Source of the DNA: Eledone cirrhosa | Lineage: Eukaryota | DNA: 64,000 nt | NCBI GenBank assembly: GCA_964016885.1 | Contig: OZ024743.1 | Location: forward strand, 104,718,001-104,782,000 | Direction of reading: 5' to 3' | Part shown: piece by piece, positions 27,701 through 41,049 of the stretch | Numbering within the stretch: the first letter of the stretch is position 1 | Layout: each line of letters begins with the position of its first letter | Notes under the pieces: generated by a model | What the model was told of the DNA's origin: nothing | The model's input: the letters and a program-made list of their open reading frames with translations, nothing else | The model's database searches: none | Translations under genes and position numbers: made by a program

Positions 27701-29790
27701 GTGGTAGCGGTGGTGGTAGTGGTGATCGAGATGGTGGTGGTAGTGATGGTGGTAGTGGTGGTGGTAGTGGTGATCGAGATGGTGTTGGTGGTGATGGTGG
27801 TAGCGGTGGTGGTAGTGGTGATCGAGATGGTGTTGGTAGTGATGGTGGTAGCGGTGGTGGTAGTGGTGATCGAGATGGTGGTGGTAGTGGTGGTGGTAGT
27901 GGTGATCGAGATGGTGTTGGTAGTGATGGTGGTAGCGGTGGTGGTAGCGGTGGTGGTAGTGGTGATCGAGATGGTGTTGGTAGTGATGGTGGTAGCGGTG
28001 GTGGTAGTGGTGGTGGTAGTGGTGATCGAGATGGTGGTGGTAGTGATGGTGGTAGCGGTGGTGGTAGTGGTGGTGGTAGTGGTGATCGAGATGGTGTTGG
28101 TGGTGATGGTGGTAGCGGTGGTGGTAGTGGTGGTGGTAGTGGTGATCGAGATGGTGTTGGTAGTGATGGTGGTAGCGGTGGTGGTAGTGGTGGTGGTAGT
28201 GGTGATCGAGATGGTGTTGGTAGTGATGGTGGTAGCGGTGGTGGTAGCGGTGGTGGTAGTGGTGATCGAGATGGTGTTGGTGGTGATGGTGGTAGCGGTG
28301 GTGGTAGTGGTGGTGGTAGTGGTGATCGAGATGGTGTTGGTAGTGATGGTGGTAGCGGTGGTGGTAGTGGTGGTGGTAGTGGTGATCGAGATGGTGGTGG
28401 TAGTGATGGTGGTAGCGGTGGTGGTAGTGGTGGTGGTAGTGGTGATCGAGATGGTGTTGGTGGTGATGGTGGTAGCGGTGGTGGTAGTGGTGGTGGTAGT
28501 GGTGATCGAGATGGTGTTGGTAGTGATGGTGGTAGCGGTGGTGGTAGTGATGGTGGTAGCGGTGATGGTAGTGGTGATCGAGATGGTGTTGGTAGTGATG
28601 GTGGTAGCGGTGGTGGTAGTGGTGATGGTGGTAGCGGTGGTGGTAGTGGTGGTGGTAGTGGTGATCGAGATGGTGTTGGTGGTGATGGTGGTAGCGGTGG
28701 TGGTAGTGGTGGTGGTAGTGGTGGTGGTAGTGGTGATCGAGATGGTGGTGGTAGTGATGGTGGTAGTGGTGGTGGTAGTGGTGATCGAGATGGTGTTGGT
28801 AGTGATGGTGGTAGCGGTGGTGGTAGTGGTGGTGGTAGTGGTGATCGAGATGGTGGTGGTAGTGATGGTGGTAGTGGTGGTGGTAGTGGTGATCGAGATG
28901 GTGTTGGTGGTGATGGTGGTAGCGGTGGTGGTAGTGGTGATCGAGATGGTGGTGGTAGTGATGGTGGTAGTGGTGGTGGTAGTGGTGATCGAGATGGTGT
29001 TGGTAGTGATGGTGGTAGCGGTGGTGGTAGTGGTGGTGGTAGTGGTGATCGAGATGGTGGTGGTAGTGATGGTGGTAGTGGTGGTGGTAGTGGTGATCGA
29101 GATGGTGTTGGTGGTGATGGTGGTAGCGGTGGTGGTAGTGGTGGTGGTGGCAGTAGTGATGGTGGTAGCGGTGGTGGCAGTAGTGATGGTGGTAGCGGTG
29201 GTGGTAGTGGTGGTGGTAGTGGTGGTGGTAGCGGTGGTGGTAGTGATGGTGGTAGCGGTGGTGGTAGTGGTGATCGAGATGGTGGTGGTAGTGATGGTGG
29301 TAGCGGTGGTGGTAGTGGTGGTGGTGGCAGTAGTGATGGTGGTAGCGGTGGTGGCAGTAGTGATGGTGGTAGCGGTGGTGGTAGTGGTGGTGGTAGTGGT
29401 GGTGGTAGCGGTGGTGGTAGTGATGGTGGTAGCGGTGGTGGTAGTGATGGTGGTAGCGGTGGTGGCAGTAGTGATGGTGGTAGCGGTGGTGGTAGTGGTG
29501 GTGGTAGTGATTGGGATAGCGGTGGTGGCAGTAGTGATGGTGGTAGCGGTTGTGGTAGTGGTGGTGGTAGTTGTGGTGGTAGCGGTGGTGGTAGTGATGG
29601 TGGTAGCGGTGGTGGCAGTAGTGATGGTGGTAGCGGTGGTGGTAGTGGTGGTGGTAGTGGTGGTGGTAGCGGTGGTGGTAGTGATGGTGGTAGCGGTGGT
29701 GGTAGTGATGGTGGTAGCGGTGGTGGTGGTAGTGATGGTGGTAGCGGTGGTGGTAGTGGTGGTGGTAGTGGCAATTGTGGTCGTATGGTA
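24720..29790. repeat. 5 kb GGT-based satellite built from 12 bp modules (mainly 48 and 60 bp units)
   Basis: Modules GGTGATCGAGAT, GGTGTTGGT(A/G)GT, GATGGTGGTAGC and GGTGGTGGTAGT are shuffled in phase. Confidence 0.95.
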
Positions 29791-29859
29791 GCATTCATTA
29801 ACCGTAATTATATTGTATTGATGATGCTATCAATGGACATTGTGGCCTTTGATATAATG

Positions 29860-31260
29860 TTAGTGGTGGTGGTGATGGTATGGTAATGGTGGTGGTGGTG
29901 GTGGTGGTGGTGACGGTGGTGGTGACGGTGGTGGTGACGGTGGTGGTGACGGTGGTGGTGGTGGTGGTGGTGACGGTGGTGGTGACGGTGGTAGTGGTGA
30001 TGGTAGAGTAGTGGTGAGGGTAGTACTAGTGATTGTGGTAGTGGTGATGGTAGAGTAGTGGTGACGGTGGTGGTGACGGTGGTGGTGACGGTGGTGGTGA
30101 CGGTGGTGGTGACGGTGGTGGTGACGGTGGTGGTGACGGTGGTGGTGATGGTAGAGTAGTGGTGAGGTAGTACTAGTGATTGTGGTAGTAGTGATAGTGT
30201 TAGTTGTGATGGTGGTGGTGGTGGTGGTAGTAGTAGTGATGGTGGTGGTGGTGACGGTTGTAATAGTCATTGTAACGGGGTGGTGGTAGTGGTGACGGTG
30301 GTAGTGGGGGTAGTAGTGGTGGTTGTAGTGGTGATGGTGGTAGTGGGGTAGTAGTGATGGTGGTAGTGGTGATGGTGTTAGTTGTGATGGTGGTGGTGGT
30401 GGTAGTAGTAGTGATGGTGGTAGTGGTGACGGTTGTAATAGTCATTGTAACGGGGTGGTGGTAGTGGTGACGGTGGTAGTGGGGGTAGTAGTGGTGGTTG
30501 TAGTGGTGATGGTGGTAGTGGGGTAGTAGTGATGGTGGTAGTGGTGATGGTGTTAGTTGTGATGGTGGTGGTGGTGGTAGTAGTGAAGGTGGTAGTGGTG
30601 ACGGTGACAGTGGTGATGGTGTTAGTTGTGATGATGGTGGTGGTGGTAGTAGTAATGATGGTGGTAGTGGTGGTAGTGGTGACGGTCGTAGCGGTGATCG
30701 TGTTAGTAGTAATGGTCTTAATAGTAATAATAACAATAATTGTTTCTACTTTTGGCACAGAGCCAGCAATTACCCAGTGCATTACTGGTACTTTATTTTA
30801 TCGACCGCGTAAGGATGAAAGGCAAAGTCAACCTCGGCGGGATTTGAACTCAGATCGTAAAGAGACGTAAGCATGGCGTCCGACCCTCTACCGATACTGC
30901 CAATCCACCGCCCTTAATACGGTGGTAGTGGTGATAGTAGACTAGTGGTGAGGTAGTACTAGTGATTGTGGTAGTAGTGATAGTGTTAGTTGTGATGGTG
31001 GTGGTGGTGGTGGTAGTAGTAGTGATGGTGGTGGTGGTGACGGTTGTAATAGTCATTGTAATAATAACAATAATAATAATAATCATCATCATCATCATTA
31101 TCATCATCCTTACCATCATCATTATCAACATCATTATTACTATCATCATCACCACCATCTTTATAATTTTCATTACTGTTATCATCATCATTATCACCAT
31201 TATCCTTATCATCCTTATCATTTTTATCATTTTTATCATAATCATTCCCGTTGTTATCGT
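29860..31260. repeat. GGT/GAC/CAT triplet repeats with local block duplications
   Basis: Block ~30155-30275 is repeated at ~30945-31060; (CAT)n follows. Confidence 0.85.
30737..30912 (-). mobile_element. Meta-domain-like SINE, short-tail variant
   Basis: Full reverse-complement match to the 32275-32463 copy. Confidence 0.9.
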
Positions 31261-31739
31261 CACCGTTGGCAACGATGAGGAAGACAGTGGCATCGTTAAT
31301 GTCATGGTAACATAGAAACAAAGAGCAAAAGACATGTGGAGGTGGATTTATTCCAGAAACAGCTGTGTTCATACGTCATCATATTAATCCATTAGATTAA
31401 GATGGATTCGATAGAAGAACCAACTGTGAGTATACAGCAGACACACATATAGAATTAAATTAGATTTACAAGAAAATGAGATATTTACATGCTTGGAATT
31501 ATTTGCATACACTCTCGTTATTGTTGATACGATCTGTCCGCATCCCGGACATGGTAATATGGAGGCTACAATCATGATGAAGCGACTAAAGGACTTATCA
31601 TGCATCAGAACTCAGAGATAAAACTATATGTAACTAAGACCATCAATTGTCTTAACGTGAACGTAAATGCACCCTGATCAAACCAAAGCGATCCACGAAC
31701 TCAAGCAAACGTAATCCGTACACCTACATTCGACCTCAT

Positions 31740-32200
31740 TCACCAGGCTCAAGACATTTAAGGAAGAATTATTAAACCCCACACATCCTTCTATATTATA
31801 TCCCAACCCTCTCAGCACAACTATCACCGACCTGTACTAATTACTTGTATAGGGATGGTGGACGTCATCAGGTTGCAGTCGTCGTATTACGTAGTTTCTA
31901 TATAATAATCTGTTTACTTTCGGATATCAGCGAGACACACTGTTAAGCAACAACATATGATATCCAAATACTGGGACCTGACCGATTACTTCCTTTTCGT
32001 GCCGGTCACCGTCGGGACTTCTGGTGTCTTAATCAGTCTCTGAAATGGCGTTTTCTTCCGCAAAATTGGAAAGAGTGCATCCCGGCCGAGGAAGAAGTGA
32101 CTGATGCAGCGAGTGTCGTTAGCTGTTCATCGCGACATCACTTACATCATTTTGTCCGCGGTGTGCAACTGTGATGTACCATTAGACTAGAGTGTAGAAT
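31740..32200 (+). pseudogene. Highly decayed CRE-like RLE fragment
   Basis: Translatable patches PSILYP, KYWDLTDYFLFVPVTVGTSGVL, FFRKIG and LMQRVSLAVHR parallel the fragment at 21.2 kb. Confidence 0.45.
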
Positions 32201-32274
32201 CTGCTACTTTCTCTCCTCTTCCTCTTTCACCATTTACTTTTTACTTTTGTTCTTTTATTGCAAACATTATTTAA

Positions 32275-32463
32275 GGTGAATTGGCAGTATCGGTAGAGGG
32301 TCGGACGCCATGCGTTGACGCATAGAGTTACGGCCCTTCCATTCTGAGTTCAAATCCCGCCGAGGTTAACTTTGCCTTTCATCCTTACGGGGTCGATAAA
32401 ATAAAGTACCAGTAATGTACTGGGTAATTGCTGGCCTTGTCCCAATAGTATAAACAATTATTT
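32275..32463 (+). mobile_element. Meta-domain-like SINE, short-tail variant
   Basis: A box, B box GAGTTCAAATCC, GCCTTTCATCCTTACGGGGTCGATAAAATAAAGTACCAGT. Confidence 0.9.
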
Positions 32464-32809
32464 TATTTAATTGAAATTTGTTGAATAAAGATAACCTTTC
32501 GTTTGATAAAAAAATCCATGATAATAGAATTTAGTTGATCGACGATCAGTCGTTCAAAATATTTAACTCTGTGATTGCAAAATACATTCGTATAAATGAA
32601 TGCAATGATTGCCCAATTGAAAAAGCTCTTTTCCTGTTCTTTTATACAAGCATGGCTGGATAGTTAAGAAGTTCATTTCTCATTCATAAGGTCCATTTTG
32701 CGATCCCACTGCGTAGCAAATGTAAGCCTAACACCATAACACCCTAACCACTTAGCCACGATGTTAAAACCACCACAATTAGGTTACAGACGTTGTTGTT
32801 GATGGCGGA

Positions 32810-33095
32810 TCTTTGTCAGTTCCGACGACAAGTGTTCCAGCTATTTGGATCAACGGAACAGCCTGCGCATTGAATTAACATGCAAAGAGCCGAACATTCC
32901 ACAGTGAGATTCAGCGTGTCACCGCGTGTAACATGGCTGACCTTTGAATTACAAGTAGAACGAATTTCTGCCAGCTGAGTAGACTGGAGAAACGTAAAAA
33001 TAAAATACATTGGTCATGAACATAAGGCGGAACTGGGAATTGAACTCATGACCATACGATCGTGAACCGAAAACCCTAAGCATTAAGCCGCATAC
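32810..33095 (-). mobile_element. CORE-like SINE
   Basis: Reverse complement of the family at 60915-61225. Confidence 0.7.
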
Positions 33096-33480
33096 ATGAA
33101 CCCATACATAAGTGAAAGCATGCAAATCTACTCAAGTAATGACATCCAGAACATTTTGCAAAACTATCCAATTGGTGTTGTTTCAATTGCAATGAAAGTA
33201 TTTTGCGATTGCGGTAGAAACCAACTCTTTCTGAATTGGTGAGACATTTGAAAAATTAAACCTGAACATATATACATACATATAAACAAACATACACACA
33301 CGCACACAAACACATCTATATACGTACGCAAATACATACACATACATTGGGTCTAATAAACACACATTCACGCACAAAGAATCATACTCACCCACTTACG
33401 ACAGCAGGTGACAACCACAGACTCATTTCGCCTCATCAAAATTGTCGTTAGCGAGGCTAGTTTAGTCTAATCTAGAAGTG

Positions 33481-33804
33481 CAGAAGTTCTCAAATTGGGC
33501 GGGGGATATTGAGAAGGTACAGGGGGCACTATGGCCTAAGTTGGCGCTAGAGATGATATAATAGTATATTAAATATCAAATGATACATACTATATATAAA
33601 TATAGTAAAATATAAAATATATAATATTTATATATACATAGTATATATCATATAAATTATTATATATAAATCAACGATCTTATTTATTATATATTATTTA
33701 CAATTTGTGTGTATGCAGGTCTCTCTGGAAATAGGGGTGGAGGTGCTGAGGGTATTACGTGGCCGTGAGGGGGAGTGATGGCCCAAAATGTTTAAGAACC
33801 TCCG
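33481..33804. mobile_element. hAT/Charlie-like MITE
   Basis: Ends CAGAAGTTCTCAAATT and ATGTTTAAGAACCTCCG resemble CAGTGGTTCTCAAAC-type TIRs; target site duplication unclear. Confidence 0.45.
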
Positions 33805-34105
33805 GTGTAGTGTATATAGCGTAGTATGGTGTAGTCTAGTGAAGTATAGTGTAGTATAGTATAGTGTAATATAGTGTAGTATTGTGCAGTATAGTGTAGT
33901 ATAATATAGAATGGTGTTGTGTAGTATAATGAAGTTTAGTATAGTCTAGTTTAGTATAGTGTAATGCAGCATTGTATAATGTAGTGCAGTATAGAGTAAT
34001 ATAGAGTAGTATAGTGTAGTATATTGTAGTGTATTGCAGTATAGTGTACTCTAGTGTAGTATAGTGTGATGTAGTTTAAATTAGTGTAGCTTAGTGTAGT
34101 CTAGT
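33805..34105. repeat. (TAGTG/TAGTA)n pentanucleotide repeat
   Basis: Direct inspection. Confidence 0.9.
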
Positions 34106-34796
34106 CTCTCCCCCATACCTTGTTGAAAACTATTAAACGAACCAATTGTTTGGTCAGTAATAGTAAATCGTTGCACTTATTGGCGGGAAGTAAGAGAGAT
34201 ATGAACAAATTCAATTTGTCTTGGACACCAACCATCCGTTAGGTAATTAAGACAGTTATGTAAGTGAAAGCATATTTAATAATCGTACAATTATTGATGT
34301 TGTTGTGTAAGAGAAATACTGTCAAATTAAATTTGCCTTGGATACAATCCATCCACAAGTTAATTACACAGTTATGTTGGCGAAAGCATTATTTAATGAT
34401 TACAACATGAAAAATAATAACATTAGATATTAAATATTAAATATCAAATATGCTTTCACTTAGATAATTGTGAGTATTATAAACCATCGACCAGTCTCTG
34501 AAAATGAAAGTGTGACAATATTCTGGGAAGGAAGCAGAGATTCTTATAGACAGAGAAATGAAGAAAAACAATCTGAGACATTTTCATCATAAAAATAAAT
34601 ATATATATATATATATATATATAAAATTGTGCCCTAAGCAGCCGAAGTATAAGTTGAATATATATCTATATATATATACTGTACACAGTTTTATCGAGGC
34701 TGAGTAAATGTGTATATAAATATATACATATTGGGTATATAGACGTATAAACATGTCAAATGTATTTATTTTACTGTGAATTGAAAAAATAGTGAA

Positions 34797-34843
34797 TATT
34801 CTTAATTGATTTTCGACCATAAGTGGGGTTTCATCAGAAAATA
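34797..34843 (-). ncRNA. Minimal type I hammerhead ribozyme, Penelope pLTR-like
   Basis: Minus strand TATTTT-CTGATGA-AACC ccacttat GGTC-GAAA-ATCAAT-TA-AGAATA; 6 bp stem I, followed by AATAAA and a TA-rich tract. Confidence 0.7.
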
Positions 34844-34989
34844 TGTACATCAAACAACTACAAGGAAATGCAGTGGAATTTGGAAATAAAGAGTCGGGAC
34901 AAATATTGCAAACCATTTAGCCGACGTTCTAACGACTCTGCTAAAACTCTGTCCATAACAGCAACTTCAATAACAACAACAATAATAAT

Positions 34990-35133
34990 TCTTTCTAACA
35001 TAGACACAAGGTTTGGTACTTCATTTTATCGACCACAGAAGGATAAAAGGCAAAGCTGATCTCGATGAGATTTGAACCCAGAATATAAAAGGTCATTAGT
35101 AAATGTCGAGAAGATCTAATAATTCTGCCAATC
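34990..35133 (-). mobile_element. Internally deleted Meta-domain-like SINE
   Basis: TTTATCGACC...AAGGCAAAG...GATTTGAACCCAGAA...CTGCCAATCC on the plus strand. Confidence 0.7.
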
Positions 35134-35818
35134 CTTTACACACACAACAACAAAGACAATAGAAACGAGACAACGCTATAACAACAACAAATCTTGCAAT
35201 CCCACAAAAAGAAGCAAAACACATATTCGATAATATAGACCTAGATAACTTCAATCCAGACCCTAAATGGGACGATCAATCTGAAGTACATTTGAACGTA
35301 TGTCAACTCGGTCAGGAGTCATGGCTGATTTGGAGCTAAACAACAACTACGACAGCAACGTTAAGTATGGAAAGCAATAACAGAGAAAAAATAATGATGT
35401 TGGATGTTTACAGTTATCTTCAAATAGTCGTTCATTTTTTTGAGATGAAAGAACGTAAAAAAAGAGAAATCAACAAAAATGTGGGAATACTTCACAAAGA
35501 TGTAACATTTTGAAATGTTTTTTGGAGGAAATTAGTTTTCTAAGAAGTCGAAAGTGAAAGGATATATTTTAGCTGTTTAATCTGACTGACTGTCTGTCTA
35601 TCTGAAGTCTGTCTGTCTGTCTGTCTGAAGTATTTCTGTCTGTCTGAAGTCTGTCTGTCTATCTATCTATTTATCTATTTGCCTGAGTCTATCTGTCTAT
35701 CTGTCTGTCTTTCTATTGGTCTGTCTATCTGTCCGTCTGCATATATGTCTATTCATATATCTCTCAATCTATCCATATATATGTTTATCTATATCTGTCT
35801 GTCTGTCTGTCTGTCTGT

Positions 35819-38737
35819 CAAGGACCCGGCTACTGGAAGCGGAACTTGTCGTTACCGATGTGCAAAGCCTACAGTAGACGGATTAGCACTTTAGTTAAAC
35901 AGCACATGACAGGGGCCATTGTCAACAACAGATGGTGGTACTCTCTCAGTTAGATTAGACTCGTTAGTTTTTAGTAAATAATTAGCGTTAAATAGAAGTA
36001 AGACCGAGAAGGAACTGATAGATAAAGTAGAAGTGGCAACGTAGCCAGCTTGCTAGCAACGAGAACGGCCTTGGACCAGTTCTTCGACGCAAAGCACGAG
36101 GACTGCGTTGTCAGAAGGAAAATACGTGCTCTGGGTAACGAGGGAGCCAAAGCTGTTAGCTGGTCCCGGGTGACGGAGGCGAAAAGTGGCAACAAGTCCA
36201 CGATTCGGTCTTTGAAGGACCAAGACGGACGCGTGATACGTGAGCCGAAGCAGATGTGCGCGGCCTTTCGGCGGCACTTTGCTCAGCTGTTCTAGCAGAG
36301 CGGCGCGCCGGGAGGGGCTATGGATTTCGGTCCATACCTCGACGGCCTACCGCGACTCTCGGACAGCGAGGCGAAGTTCTGCGAAAAGCCGATTTCAGCC
36401 GCCGAGAGAGGGGACGCGCTGAGCCAATGCGGCAAACGCAAATCTCCAGGTCTCGACAGTCTACCCTACGAATTTTACGTAGCAATGCCGGACTTGTTCT
36501 CCGGTCTCCTGGAAGCGGCCTACTGCAACTGGCAGCAGAACGGGAGAATTCCCAGTTCTGTGACCAGGGGCGTAGTCACACTAGTCAGGAAGGACGAGAA
36601 TAAGGGGGATGACATAGGCAGCTTCCGGCCCATAACTCTGCTAAACACAGAGTTACAGATTTTGGCCAAGGTGTTGGAAAAGAGGCCGGCGCTTGTCGTC
36701 GAAAACCTGGTGGGAGAAGCGCAGACATGCGCAATCCCGACCAGGTCCATACACGACAACCTCCACCTCATGCGATATATCATAGAGAGGGTAGGGTGTA
36801 AACCCGGCTTCGGTGGGGCCTTGATCAACTTGGCTCAGTCTAAGGCTTTCGATAGGGTTGACCATCGTTACCTGGATGCGGTGCTCGAAGCGGCAGGCTT
36901 CGGACCCGTGTTCAGGGGCTGGATTGCTGCAATGCACAACAACAACATCTGCTCAAGGGTCAAGGTGAACGGCTACCTCTCAGAGCCGTTCCATATCACG
37001 CGATCCAGTCGATAGGGATGCCCTCTCTCCTCGCTTCTGTACGTACTGACTCTCGAGCCACTACTGCGGAAGTTGGAGCTATTGCAGGGCATCCCTTTGG
37101 AACCGGGACTGCGGAAAGCGGCGTCGACCTACGCGGACGACGTGACAGTAATGGTGTCGAGCACCTAGCAAATCGGGGAGGTCGGCACCTTACTGAAGGA
37201 ATACGAAAGGTTCACAGGAGCGAAACTGAACCGGGACAAGTCCATCAGTTTGCAACTCGGATCGTGGAGAGGCAAACCGATGCCTTCCGATGGCGTCAGC
37301 GGATGCTGGACGGAAGGATCGGTAAAGCTGCTCGGGGTCTGGTTTGGTCCGGACCTCCAGGTGGAGAAGAACTGGAATCTGGTGACGGCCAATGTGTTTG
37401 CACTCACCCAGAAGTGGGCCGAGTGCAAACTATCCTTGAAAGGTCGAGCGGAGGTGGCGAACACTTTTATAGCGTCCGTCATCTATTACCGCTTGACCGT
37501 CGTGCCTTGTCCAGCCAAAACGCTCACCAAAATGGAGCGCGCGCTCTTCCAATTCCTTTGGAAGAAGCGGGCTCCTTTTGTGAGAAGATCCATCTGCTGC
37601 CAACACCCTTCCAATGCTGTGGCTGACGATGCGCAAACACGCGCTCAGGCTGCGTCATCTCTACGTATTCCTCACTGGACAACCGGTGTGGGCCCTGTTC
37701 GGGAGACGAGCCTTACCACGACTCGTCTCGCTGACCGAGCTGCAATCCTGGGTCAAGCAAAGACCGGGGAAAATGCGCGACTGGCACAGCGAATGTGCTC
37801 AGGCGCTCACAGCCCTCTGGCAGGTGGAGCCGGCGATCAGTGGAGACTCCACTTCGTCATTCTATAGATGGTTGATCCGCAGTAAGTGCGCCGACGCGCT
37901 CGGAGAAGCTCTGGGCGTAGAGGAAGACGAACTAGCCAGTCTGTTCGGTAGGACCTTCCGCCCGGGACCGATGGACAACTTTCAAAAGTCACTGGCCTGG
38001 CAGTGCTACCGAGGAGCTCTACCAGTTCGAGACAAGCTCTACAGACATGGGCGCCCGGGCAGGGACCCTTCGAAAAGGATCTGTCCGAGATGCGTGCGAG
38101 ACGAAGAAACCGTCGCGCACGCATTCATACACTGCCCGGGCGTTACCGACCTGTGGGGCTATGTAGAACGACTATTGTCGCGGGTGGGACCAATCCGGTT
38201 GACCACCGAGTCCATTGTCAGGATCAAACCGCCACCCTCCTTCAAAAACGAAGGAGAGGCGGTTTTCCTTTGTGTGATAGCTATGGCGAAAGAGGTTGTA
38301 TGGTGGACGAGGTTAAAAGGGCTGAGGTCAGACACCTTTCTCTCCGGCCAACAACTGATTCTTTTTTTCAAATACCACTTTGGAAGAAGAGTCAGGATGG
38401 AGAGAGAGGTGCTGTACCCCAGCAAGTTTTATGAAAGGTGGGTGAAAGTGTCGAGAATGGCCCGATTGAATGGGCCTTCTCTCTATATCAGCCTGTATGT
38501 TGAAGAAAAAGCGGAAGCGAAGAAAGGGGTACAAATTCTTCGTACTCCTGGAGATGAGGGTTGCACATTTTTTTCGGGGGTATGTGCTACTCATATGAAC
38601 TGTCTGCCCCTATTGGGGAAAATCGATTAACTTTTAATTTGCAATTGTGATAACATTTTACACGTTTTTATTGTATGTAAACTCCCCCTTTTGTAATTGT
38701 CCCCTTCTTTTGTGCCCCTGTGGCTAATAAAGAAACA
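35819..38737 (+). mobile_element. Second Tx1/L1-clade LINE copy, 5'-truncated pseudogene, in (TCTG/TCTA)n
   Basis: Colinear with ~17010-19987 of copy 1 (roughly 80% similar by eye); stops at ~36293, 37013 and 37167 plus frameshifts; ends AATAAAGAAACA-(TATC)n. Confidence 0.93.
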
Positions 38738-38984
38738 TATCTATCTATTTATCTATTTGCCTACCTCTATATCTGTCTGTCTATCTATTCATAACTTCGT
38801 TAGTAAAACAATATATCTATTCCTTTCTGCCTTCTAATTTCTTTTGTTTTATGCCCCTTTCTCCTCTACTTTCATTCCCTGACACCTTCCACAGTTTGAA
38901 ATACCTTCTTGTTTTCCTGTTGTTCTCTTCATAGCGCCAGGTTGTGGTGTTTGAACTGTATTCGCGATGAGACACAATGGATGT

Positions 38985-39500
38985 AGCATGGCCGAAAGGT
39001 TAAGACGTTAACTTCGCAATTATTTGGCCTCGGAGGTTTAATTCCACTGTGTAACATCTAGAATAAGTGTTATTTCCCATAGTCTCGGGTGAGACTTGTG
39101 AGTGAGATTGGGTACACGGAAACTGTTTGAAGTCCGTCGGGTGCATTCTACATCCAAGATTTATATTAAGAGTACACGTGTCTATGGAATGCTTAACCAC
39201 ATACACGTTCCTTCCATGATCGAAAAACTGGAAGACTTGATCGTTTAGATTGACGGACGTTCATTCCATTCGTTCACACACAAATATATATTTGTCGACA
39301 CTATATATCCTTTTTATGACGTGAAGATAGTAAATTGTAACTTCCTAGTTTTTTCTAACATTGGCACAAGGATAGTAATTTGGTACAGAGGAACGTCGAT
39401 TAAACCAACCCCAGTACTTAATTGGTATTAATTTTATCGCTCCTAGAAGGTTGAAAGGCAAAGTTGACCTCGACAGGATTTGAACTCAGAACGTAGAAAG
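38985..39500. mobile_element. Decayed CORE-type SINE (+, 38985-39210) and Meta-like SINE (-, 39350-39500)
   Basis: tRNA-like head and family motifs are recognisable in each. Confidence 0.65.
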
Positions 39501-39924
39501 TCATACATTGGAGCCTCATAATGATAGCAATAATATCTATGAAGTAATTATGGAATATAAAAGGATAGAAAAGAACCGATCAAAGAACTAGAGCTTCCAT
39601 TACTCAGTCCATTGCTGATACTATCTGTCAGTCATCCCATCGGATCAAGGTAACAATATTCTTATTGGTCCTTCCATTGTTGATACTCTCTGTCGTTCGT
39701 TAGATCAGACCAAGTAATTAATGTTTCCATTTCTCTCTCCACCGATGATAATATTTGCCGGTCGCAACTCAAGGAAGAAGGCACAACGTAAAGTAAAGTA
39801 TTTTACTCAAGAACTCAACCTGATGTACAATCTAGGAATCGAATCCATGTATTTATACAAAAAATACACACATTTGACATGTCGTAACAGACTGGCTTTT
39901 GCAAACACACTTACATATTTAATT

Positions 39925-40128
<204 letters not shown>

Positions 40129-40366
40129 GAACACACACACTTTCTCTTTCATACTCAAAAATATATATGTGCAATACATATACACACTATATCTATTTAG
40201 TCATCTATGTTTCTATGTAGCTAGCGATCTCTTTAACATATAAGTTTCATAGTTATATGCACACACACACATATATATATATATATAAATATGTATATAT
40301 ATATATCCATATATATATATATATATATATAAATATCTACACCCATTACACATTCAAATATATACC

Positions 40367-40479
<113 letters not shown>

Positions 40480-41049
40480 GATAGATAGATATCTATATCT
40501 ACACCCATTACACATTCAAATATATACCAATTCACAGCTATTATTTTCACGCTTGTTACGATAGTTAGGTCTAGCAGTTTCCGACATATCATTTGGAAGT
40601 CATAGATAATTTACACAGCCACAAAACCAACAAATTTCCAATTTAAGTTGATGTTAGTGAGGTGATAGGGTGTCTTATTTGAAATTCTTTGAAATCAATG
40701 CCAAAAGCAACTCTCAATAGAGACAATAATGTTCCTCCTAGTTCATTAACAACGTGTTTCGCTGTATTCAGTGCTTTATTATTGTATTAGAGGATTGGTT
40801 CAATTTGTACCATAAACATTTCCGTCCATACGTCGTCACTACAATGATCTCTAATTTTCTTGAGCCACCCCAAACTCTAGAATATATCATTAAAACAAAA
40901 AATAAAAAAAACCTATATCTACAATTGCATGGCTTCTTTTAAACCCAATGCCCTCTTTCGTCATACAAAAGGGCACAGTTGTATTCCACATTTCACACAA
41001 GCACTAAACATTTTCGTTGTTTTTTCTCCACTAGAATTATGAATATGAT

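Noticed and set aside
24689-29798. 1500-1700 aa His-, Val- and Pro-rich ORFs as genes
   Set aside because: Several frames are open at once, which triplet-phase satellite structure explains; kept only as a low-ranked finding.
34205-34400. Diverged ~120 bp tandem duplication
   Set aside because: Real, but no ribozyme, ORF or terminal motif found; treated as an ordinary local duplication.
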